From Chloroflexota bacterium (lineage in GTDB: Bacteria > Chloroflexota > Limnocylindria > Limnocylindrales > CSP1-4), in the NCBI GenBank assembly GCA_019637815.1, contig JAHBUZ010000001.1, positions 151,865-215,864 of the forward strand: DNA of 64,000 nt, read 5' to 3'. Each line of letters begins with the position of its first letter. Positions within the stretch are counted from its first letter, which is position 1. The notes below the pieces were generated by a model. The model searched no databases, was not told the DNA's origin, and saw only the letters and a program-made list of their open reading frames with translations. Shown one piece after another: positions 57,420-64,000 of the stretch. The translations under genes and the position numbers were made by a program.

Positions 57420-58439
57420 TCAGACCTCGATGTTGACGATGCGCCGGATGAAGATGAAGCCGAGCCCCATCATCAGCGCGCCGAAGGCCATGACCACCAC
57501 GCCCAGTGGCAGGCCGAACGCCTCGGGCGGCTTCTCGAACATCGGGCCCACGAACTGGGGCGCGATCGCCGAGATGATGACGAACAGGAAGATGGGCAGG
57601 GCACCCACGACATAGCCCGACATGCGGCCCTGTGCCGTGAGCGTCTTGATCTCGCCCTTGATGCGCACCCGCTCACGGATGGTGAACGCGATGGAGTCGA
57701 GGATCTCCGCGAGGTTGCCGCCGACCTGGTGCTGGATGTTGATGGCCGTGGTCATCAGCTCCAGGTCATCGGAGCGGACGCGACGCACCATGTTGTTGAG
57801 CGCCTGGTCGAAGGGCAGGCCCAGGTTCACCTCGCGGATCACCCGGTTGAACTCCGTGGAGATGGGCGGCTGTGACTCGCGGACCACCAGCTCGATCGAC
57901 TGGAGGAACGACGCGCCCGCGCGCAGCGAGTTCGCGATGAGCGTGATGGTGTCGGCGAGCCGGGAGTTGAAGGCCTTGAGTCGCTGGCTCTTGCGCCGGT
58001 TCAGCCAGAACCGGGGGAGCCACCAGCCGACGACGCCCGCGAGGAGATAGGCGAATGGGTTGCCGACCGTCGGCAGGACCGTCGCCCCCAGCAGGACCAC
58101 CGCGGCGGGCAGACCCACGATGCAGCCGGCCCGGATGGCCAGGAACTCGGAGGGCTTGAGCGCGAGGTCCGCGCGCGCGAGCTCGCGGGCGAGGTTGGCG
58201 CCCCAGTCCCGCTTCTCGACGACCTTGTTGAGGTCCGTAAGGGCGCGCGACGAGGCGAGCTGCTCGAGCAGCGTCTGCTGCTCCTGGCGCTTCTCCTCGC
58301 TCTTCTCGCCGCTCGCGCCAGCTGCGTAGCGCTCGAGGCGATCCTGGACGTCGTCCCGTCGTGTGCCGAAGAGACCCCAGAAGACGAGCAGGACGGCTGC
58401 CGCGGCGATGGCCGCCGCGACGAGCATCGTGGGGCTCAT
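57420..58439 (-). CDS. tadB: Tad pilus assembly membrane protein TadB
   Basis: NSLRAGASF, QVGGNLAEIL, TLTAQGRMS. Confidence 0.9.
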   Translation of the reverse strand: MSPTMLVAAAIAAAAVLLVFWGLFGTRRDDVQDRLERYAAGASGEKSEEKRQEQQTLLEQLASSRALTDLNKVVEKRDWGANLARELARADLALKPSEFLAIRAGCIVGLPAAVVLLGATVLPTVGNPFAYLLAGVVGWWLPRFWLNRRKSQRLKAFNSRLADTITLIANSLRAGASFLQSIELVVRESQPPISTEFNRVIREVNLGLPFDQALNNMVRRVRSDDLELMTTAINIQHQVGGNLAEILDSIAFTIRERVRIKGEIKTLTAQGRMSGYVVGALPIFLFVIISAIAPQFVGPMFEKPPEAFGLPLGVVVMAFGALMMGLGFIFIRRIVNIEV

Positions 58440-58451
58440 GGTCGGCTGCTC

Positions 58452-59867
58452 CTAGTAGCGGAAGCCGAACAGGCCGGGCGGCAACGCGATGCCCATCTGC
58501 TCGAACTTCTCGGCGAACTTGGGCCGGATGCCGGTCGGCTTCAGGCGGCCCTGGATCTTGCCGTCCGTGACGCCGGTCTGCTCGAACACGAACACGTCCT
58601 GCATCACGATGACATCACCCTCCATGCCCTGGACCTCGGTGATGTTGACGATCTTGCGGCTGCCGTCCTTGAGACGGCTCTGCTGCACGATGAGGTCCAC
58701 GGCGGAGGCGACCTGCTCCCGGATCGCCCGGAGCGGCAGGTCGACACCGGCCATGAGGACCATGGTCTCGAGTCGCGAGAGCATGTCGCGCGGGCTGTTG
58801 GCATGGCCCGTGGACATCGAGCCATCGTGGCCCGTGTTCATGGCCTGGAGCATGTCGAGCGCCTCGCCGCCACGACACTCGCCGACGATGATGCGGTCGG
58901 GCCGCATGCGCAGCGAGTTGCGGACGAGCTCCCGGATGGGGACCGCGCCCTTGCCCTCGATGTTCGAGGGTCGGGACTCGAGCGTGATGACGTGCTCCTG
59001 GCGGAGCTGGAGCTCGGCCGCGTCCTCGATGGTCACGATGCGCTCATCGCTCGGGATGAACGATGAGAGCACGTTGAGCGAGGTGGTCTTGCCCGAGCCG
59101 GTGCCGCCGGACACGAACACGTTGAGCCGTGCCTCGACGCACGCCTTGAGGAAGTCGAACATCTCCGGCGTGGCGGTGCCGAACCGGACGAGGTCATCCA
59201 CCGTGTACGGCGTGGCCGAGAACTTCCGGACCGTGATGACCGGGCCCACCAGCGAGAGCGGCGGGATGATGGCGTTCACGCGGGAGCCATCGGTGAGTCG
59301 TGCGTCCACCATCGGGCTGGACTCGTCGATGCGCCGGCCGATGGGGGCGATGATGCGATCGATGATGCGCAGCACATGGTCATCGTTCTGGAACGTGACG
59401 TTGGTCAGCTCCAGCTTGCCGCTGCGCTCGATGTAGACCTGGCGCGGGCCGTTGACCATCACCTCGGTGACGGACTCGTCACGCAGGAGCGGCTCCATGG
59501 GCCCGAGGCCCACGATCTCGTCGGTGATCTGCTCCAGCATCCGGACGCGCTCCGCCCGGGTGAGGGCGAGTGCCTCCTCCTCGAGCGCACGGCCGAAGAT
59601 CTCCTCGATCTGACGCCGCACCTCGATCTGGTTGGACAGGTCGAGCTTGGGGTCCAGGTCCTGGATGACCCGCTGCTGGATCCGGAACTTGGTGTCCCGG
59701 AACGATTCCCGGGCGGGCACCTGGGACAGCATCCGGGAGGGTGCCGGCACCGGCACCGAGCCGCCAGGACCTGCGGGAGGCTGGCCGGGTGCGCCCGGAG
59801 CGGGTGGGGTGGGGAGCACGCCGTCAGCGCCCGGACGAGCGCTTTCGATGCGCCTCAACAGGGACAT
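58452..59867 (-). CDS. cpaF: Tad pilus assembly ATPase CpaF/TadA
   Basis: GGTGSGKTT, TIEDAAEL, LRMRPDRIIVGE, AMNTGHDG. Confidence 0.95.
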   Translation of the reverse strand: MSLLRRIESARPGADGVLPTPPAPGAPGQPPAGPGGSVPVPAPSRMLSQVPARESFRDTKFRIQQRVIQDLDPKLDLSNQIEVRRQIEEIFGRALEEEALALTRAERVRMLEQITDEIVGLGPMEPLLRDESVTEVMVNGPRQVYIERSGKLELTNVTFQNDDHVLRIIDRIIAPIGRRIDESSPMVDARLTDGSRVNAIIPPLSLVGPVITVRKFSATPYTVDDLVRFGTATPEMFDFLKACVEARLNVFVSGGTGSGKTTSLNVLSSFIPSDERIVTIEDAAELQLRQEHVITLESRPSNIEGKGAVPIRELVRNSLRMRPDRIIVGECRGGEALDMLQAMNTGHDGSMSTGHANSPRDMLSRLETMVLMAGVDLPLRAIREQVASAVDLIVQQSRLKDGSRKIVNITEVQGMEGDVIVMQDVFVFEQTGVTDGKIQGRLKPTGIRPKFAEKFEQMGIALPPGLFGFRY

Positions 59868-59912
59868 CGGTTCAACTCCCTCGTGTGGTGGGGCGGTGGC
59901 GGGTGGTCATCG

Positions 59913-61160
59913 TCAGCGCCATGCGAACAGCTTCCGCTGGGCCGGGGCCTTGTCGGGTGGGGCGACCACCGCGGCGTCCCCGGCCACCGCGCGGGCGAGC
60001 GCCAGGACGTCCTGGCTCACTTGTGTCTGCTTGTTGCTCCACACGAACGGGACACCCCGGTTGAGGGCGTACACGACGGTGCGGCCGTCCGACACGACCG
60101 TGTGGTCGACCTTGCGGCCGATGGAGTTCTCGACATCGGCCACCCGGATGCCATACGCGGAGTCCGCGCGGTTGAGCACCAGGCGCACCTTGTCGGCCCC
60201 GTAGCCGAGCTGGTCGGCCACCTCGAGGAACAGGCGGATGTTCTTGATGTTGGTGATCTCCAGGGTCAGCAGACCCAGCACCTGGTCGGACAGGTCGAGC
60301 AGGGCGAGGGTCGCGTCCTGGAACACCGGCGCGGTATCCACGATGACCACGTCATGCGTGGCACGCAGCCGCTCGACGATGCGCCGGATGTGGTCGGTCG
60401 TGACCAGCTCGGCCATCTCGGGGCTGGGCGGCGCCAGCAGCACCTTGATGCCCGTGCTGTGGCTGATGAGCGCGTTGTCGACGATCGCGTCGCCCTCGCC
60501 ACCCGCCAGGTCACCGAGCACGTCCACCACGGACTTGTTCTTGGGGTTGAGGTTGAGCAGCACGCCCACGTCGCCGAACTGGAAGCTCGCATCGACGAGC
60601 GCCACCGATCGGCCCTGGTCGGCGGCCATGGCCACCGCGAGGTTGACCGCGAGCGTCGTCCGGCCGACACCGCCCTTGGGCGAGAACAGGGTGATGACCC
60701 TGCCGTCCTCCCTGGGCGTGGTCACGGTCAGCGCCGAGGTCGCGGCGGCGGGCTGTGCGCTGACCATCCGGCCCTGCTTCTCACGCTCCCGCGTGTAGAC
60801 CCCCCGGATGGCGGCGCAGAGCTCGTCCGCGCTGAAGGGCTTGACCAGGAACTCCCGGGCGCCCGCCAGCATCGACCGGCGCAGGTAGTCCGGCTCGCCC
60901 TGGACGCTCATCATCACGACGGCGGCGGTCGGGACGGTCCGCCCCAGCTCCTCGGTGGTCGCGATGCCGTCCATGCCGGGCATGTTGATGTCCATGAGGA
61001 CCACGTCCGGGGTGAGCCGGGTGGCGATCTCGATCGCCTCCTGGCCAGAGGCCGCGACACCCGCGACCTCGATGTCGGTCTCGAACGACAGGAGCTTGGC
61101 GAGGTGTTCCCGTGTCTCGAGGATGTCGTCGACCACGACGACCCTGATGGTGTCAGCCAC
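59913..61160 (-). CDS. cpaE: CpaE/TadZ-like protein: REC domain + MinD/ParA-like ATPase
   Basis: VVDD, LMDINMPGMDG and FLVKP (REC); SPKGGVGRTT Walker A variant. Confidence 0.88.
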   Translation of the reverse strand: MADTIRVVVVDDILETREHLAKLLSFETDIEVAGVAASGQEAIEIATRLTPDVVLMDINMPGMDGIATTEELGRTVPTAAVVMMSVQGEPDYLRRSMLAGAREFLVKPFSADELCAAIRGVYTREREKQGRMVSAQPAAATSALTVTTPREDGRVITLFSPKGGVGRTTLAVNLAVAMAADQGRSVALVDASFQFGDVGVLLNLNPKNKSVVDVLGDLAGGEGDAIVDNALISHSTGIKVLLAPPSPEMAELVTTDHIRRIVERLRATHDVVIVDTAPVFQDATLALLDLSDQVLGLLTLEITNIKNIRLFLEVADQLGYGADKVRLVLNRADSAYGIRVADVENSIGRKVDHTVVSDGRTVVYALNRGVPFVWSNKQTQVSQDVLALARAVAGDAAVVAPPDKAPAQRKLFAWR

Positions 61161-61202
61161 CCCGCTGCTCCCTTCGGCTCATGCTGCTCGGATCCCGACC
61201 AC

Positions 61203-62051
61203 TCAGGGCAGGCGGGTGATGATCACGCGCGGCGGCAGCACGCCCCAGCGGTCGGTCAGCTCACGCAGGGTGATGCCGGTCGTGGGCACGTCCGGTGCCG
61301 TCTCGTCCTCGGGGGACCGCAGCAGCAGGTACAGGTTGCCGTCCAGCTGCGCGAACCGGACCAGCTCGGCCTGCTGCGGCGTGACCGCGAGGAGCGCGAT
61401 GGCGCCGATCTCGTTGTCGCCGTTGGCCTGCTGCTCGGTGACCACGGTGGGCAGGATGGTGCCCAGCACCTGGACGTTCTGGACCAGGACCTTGATGGTC
61501 GTGTTGTTCAGCCACTCGTCGAGGATCTTGGTGGCGGGCAGGCCGCTCTGGTCGCGGAACTCCGCGACGACGGGCGCCTTGTTCGGGTCCGGCTGATCGG
61601 TGATGGCGAGCATCACGTCCACGTAGTCACCGGTCTGGATGAGCGAACCCACCCCGGACAGCGAGTCGACCCGGATGGCCATCGCGCGCAGACCGGGCTT
61701 GAGCCCGCGGGTCACGTCGAGGGCGTTGGCATTGCCGCTCTGGAAGTCCGCAGCGGTGAGCACCTGACCCGCGGTCACGGTGCGTCGGATCACCTGGTTG
61801 GTGAGCACGGCCGGGTCGCGGAAGGTGTCGAGCGCCTCGTTGGCAGGCAGCTCCCGCGTGGCCAGGTCGGTCGGCGCCAGGCGCGTGCCAAGGGCGAGGT
61901 CGGTCGCGGCGGTCACGACGGTGACGACCTGGGGTGGTGCCTCGGGGCCGGACGGACCGCCGGGCCGGGAACCGAACATCAGGACGCCGCCGAAGGCCAC
62001 CACGGCCAGCAGCACGCCCAGCAGGAGCATCAGGCGATTCGAGCGCTTCAC
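61203..62051 (-). CDS. cpaB: Flp pilus assembly protein CpaB (SAF + RcpC)
   Basis: N-terminal TM, SAF domain, GLRAMAI, GDYVDV, NVQVL, VTPQQAE. TAGAGT -10 upstream. Confidence 0.9.
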   Translation of the reverse strand: MKRSNRLMLLLGVLLAVVAFGGVLMFGSRPGGPSGPEAPPQVVTVVTAATDLALGTRLAPTDLATRELPANEALDTFRDPAVLTNQVIRRTVTAGQVLTAADFQSGNANALDVTRGLKPGLRAMAIRVDSLSGVGSLIQTGDYVDVMLAITDQPDPNKAPVVAEFRDQSGLPATKILDEWLNNTTIKVLVQNVQVLGTILPTVVTEQQANGDNEIGAIALLAVTPQQAELVRFAQLDGNLYLLLRSPEDETAPDVPTTGITLRELTDRWGVLPPRVIITRLP

Positions 62052-62192
62052 GGATGGTCTCCACAGATGCGGGGGGTGACAGGCGTCGCGACTCTAGAAA
62101 AGGGAGTGGCAGTCGGACGAGATGACGAAAGGGCTATGACTGGTAGGACGGTGTGGATGGGTCAGGACCGCTGGGATGCGTGATGACCCGGT

Positions 62193-62216
62193 GGGGTGGG
62201 GGTGGGAGCGGGTGGG
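62193..62216 (+). other. G-quadruplex-forming motif
   Basis: GGGG-T-GGGGG-T-GGG-AGC-GGG-T-GGG: five G-tracts with 1-3 nt loops, intergenic, 16 nt from the flp repeat. Confidence 0.6.
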
Positions 62217-62232
62217 ATGTCCGGGAGATGGA

Positions 62233-62314
62233 GAAGGGCGGTGCTCCCGGGGGAACACCGCCCTTCGAAGGTTCCGAAGGAACGACGGTCAGATGGACTC
62301 GCCGACCTCGCTCA
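62233..62314. repeat. 82-bp identical direct repeat, copy 1 (flp 3' end + hairpins)
   Basis: Identical to 62630-62711; contains an 11-bp stem GAAGGGCGGTG / CACCGCCCTTC. Confidence 0.95.
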
Positions 62315-62462
62315 TGATCGTGTTGACCTGCGAGCCGAGGAAGATCACGGCGCCGATCACGACGATCGCGATGAGAGCCAGGATGAGTGCGTACTCGGCC
62401 AGACCCTGCCCCTCCTCGTCGCGGCGGACAGCGGTCTGCAGCCAGGTGATGAGAGCTGCCAT
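62289..62462 (-). CDS. flp: Flp/Fap pilin 1 (57 aa)
   Basis: EEG|QGLAEYALIL cleavage/Flp motif. SD GAAAGGAGGT before ATG 62462. Confidence 0.93.
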   Translation of the reverse strand: MAALITWLQTAVRRDEEGQGLAEYALILALIAIVVIGAVIFLGSQVNTIMSEVGESI

Positions 62463-62539
62463 GTCGTTGGGTACCTCCTTTCTCTCAAGATCCGTCCCGG
62501 AGGGCGGTGACCGCACTGTCGCTCGTCGCCGCCATGCCT

Positions 62540-62561
62540 CGATATGGGCCATCGGTACCAG
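62540..62561 (-). promoter_or_regulatory. Shared upstream motif CTGGTACC-N5-CCCATATCG (copy upstream of flp1)
   Basis: Same pattern as 52024-52045. Confidence 0.5.
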
Positions 62562-62629
62562 CCGGGGGCGCCAGTAGGGTCCCCGCCGGACCTGGGGACG
62601 GACCGGGTGATCCGTGCCGCGGACAGCAC

Positions 62630-62711
62630 GAAGGGCGGTGCTCCCGGGGGAACACCGCCCTTCGAAGGTTCCGAAGGAACGACGGTCAGATGGACTCGCC
62701 GACCTCGCTCA
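62630..62711. repeat. 82-bp identical direct repeat, copy 2
   Basis: Identical to 62233-62314. Confidence 0.95.
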
Positions 62712-62862
62712 GCATCCCGTTCAGGGTCGTGCCGAAGAATGTCACTGCGCCGATCACGATGATCGCGATGAATGTGAGGATGAGTGCGTATTCGGCCAGT
62801 CCCTGTCCGTGCTGATCACGGGGGATGGTCGATGTGAACCAGGTGCGGAACGCTGCCAACAT
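62686..62862 (-). CDS. flp: Flp/Fap pilin 2 (58 aa; absent from ORF track)
   Basis: MLAAFRTWFTSTIPRDQHG|QGLAEYALILTFIAIIVIGAVTFFGTTLNGMLSEVGESI. SD GAAAGGAGGTGA. Confidence 0.93.
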   Translation of the reverse strand: MLAAFRTWFTSTIPRDQHGQGLAEYALILTFIAIIVIGAVTFFGTTLNGMLSEVGESI

Positions 62863-63072
62863 CGTAGGTCACCTCCTTTCCCGGACTCCATGGCCGGGGC
62901 GATGGCGACCCACACGAGCCCACCGGGGTCGATATGGGATCGGGACTGCTCCAGCGTGTCCGACGTCCCGCTGACACTGGGCCGCCGTCGCTCCGTGGCC
63001 TATGGGACGGATGTCATGGGGCCCGGGGCGAATCGGGGGATCCGCCGCACCATCGAGAGGGAGCAGCGACGT

Positions 63073-64000
63073 TCAGCTCGTGCTGACGCTCAGCTCCACG
63101 GTGGTGCCATCGGGGCTCACGGACAGCCCGACCGCCATGACCCGGGCGCGGTCACCGAGGTCCGCGAGGAGCTCGGCCGGCAGCGAGTGCGCCTCGCTCG
63201 TGACCTGGCGCTCCTGCTCCCGGGTCTGCTCCATCATCGCGCGCAGCGCTGGCGGCAGGTCCTCCGGGAGCCGACCCGATGGCGTCGGCGCCGAGCTGGG
63301 CCGTGGCTCGTGGAGCCAGGCCGACCGGATGGTCACACCCAGGCGTCGCTCCGACCAGTCCAGTCGCACCGCCACGCGTGAGGGCCGCAGCGCCAGGTAG
63401 CCGTTGATGGTGTCGTCCACGAGCCGGAACAGACCGCTCTCGGTCTCCTGTGGCAGGCGTCGCTCCGTGCCCTGGGAGTCGAGGTCGATCTCGACCCCGG
63501 CTCGTCGTCCCCGGTCGACCGCCGTGCGGCGCAGCGTGGGCACGAGGCCCAGGTCGTCGAGCACCATGGGCCGGACGTCGAAGATGAACTCCTTGGTCGC
63601 GTCGAGCGCGTGCTCGACCATGACCCGCAGCTGGTCCAGCTCACCCTGCGTGCGAGCGTCACCCCGGCTCGCGAGCCGCAGCACGATCTCCGCCTGGAGC
63701 GCGATGTTGGCGAGGCTCTGGGCAGGCCCGTCGTGCATCTGTCGGGCGATCTCGCGACGCAGCTCCTCCTGGGCCCGTAGCAGCACGCTGGGATCGGTCG
63801 CATCACCGACGGGTGCGGTCGCCCGGAGGGCGAGCGCCTGGCTGAACGCGGAGGCTCCGGTCGTGCCGGCCGCCGCGATGCCCGAGGCACGCACCGATCG
63901 GAGGTCCTCCTCGACCCGTGCCATGCGGTCACGGAAGCGCGTCAGCGTCCGTTGCTTCCCCTCGAGGAGCTGCTGCTGCGCCTCGAACAGCGCGGCCCGC
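63073..64000 (-). CDS. DegS-like (HisKA_3) histidine kinase, 5' part outside the window; ATP-binding domain looks degenerate
   Basis: EIARQMHDGPAQSLANI H-box and LRPxxLDDLGL-like RPMVLDDLGLVPTL. No recognisable G1 (DxGxG) or G2 box. Confidence 0.8.
   Translation of the reverse strand, partial: RAALFEAQQQLLEGKQRTLTRFRDRMARVEEDLRSVRASGIAAAGTTGASAFSQALALRATAPVGDATDPSVLLRAQEELRREIARQMHDGPAQSLANIALQAEIVLRLASRGDARTQGELDQLRVMVEHALDATKEFIFDVRPMVLDDLGLVPTLRRTAVDRGRRAGVEIDLDSQGTERRLPQETESGLFRLVDDTINGYLALRPSRVAVRLDWSERRLGVTIRSAWLHEPRPSSAPTPSGRLPEDLPPALRAMMEQTREQERQVTSEAHSLPAELLADLGDRARVMAVGLSVSPDGTTVELSVSTS

Noticed and set aside
59785-59816. G-rich run in the cpaF 5' region as a G-quadruplex
   Set aside because: Only three closely spaced G-tracts, explained by Pro codons on the coding strand.
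62233-62711. CRISPR array
   Set aside because: Only two 82-bp copies, each being the 3' end of a pilin gene, with no cas genes.

Overview
High-GC bacterial chromosomal window made almost entirely of core genes. It is probably from a monoderm Chloroflexota-like organism. This is an inference from the secretin-less Tad cluster, Gram-positive-type LexA box and parS sites, F420-type oxidoreductase and gene order. Left to right: secreted/unknown proteins; tmRNA (ssrA) with smpB; ftsE-ftsX-ctpA; prfB with its programmed +1 frameshift; secA; a tightly coupled parA-parB-gyrB-(alkD-like)-gyrA-prs operon preceded by parS-like sites; mreD-mrdA-rodA; rplU-rpmA-rpmE-DUF1385-prfA-(debranching enzyme)-prmC-tsaC; glyA; a WecA/TagO-type transferase; the F0F1 atp operon; murA-mreB; an XRE regulator; nfo; hpf-comF; a GT87; a Tad/Flp pilus cluster with two tandem flp genes; and a truncated DegS-like kinase. 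I found no rRNA, tRNA, CRISPR array, integrase or transposase. The most interesting signals are mostly missed or mis-started by the ORF track: (1) a free-standing single-motif LAGLIDADG protein beside the parS sites; (2) two flp pilins sharing an identical 82-bp 3' block next to a G-quadruplex motif; (3) a perfect LexA (SOS) box in the ssrA promoter; (4) a candidate 6S-like RNA tail-to-tail with tmRNA; (5) a promoter + perfect SD + 15-codon ORF + long hairpin upstream of smpB; (6) an 81-aa protein with two CX3CX2C motifs coupled to prfB; (7) a shared upstream motif linking an XRE gene to both pilins. All functional interpretations of these are hypotheses. No searches or folding programs were run.
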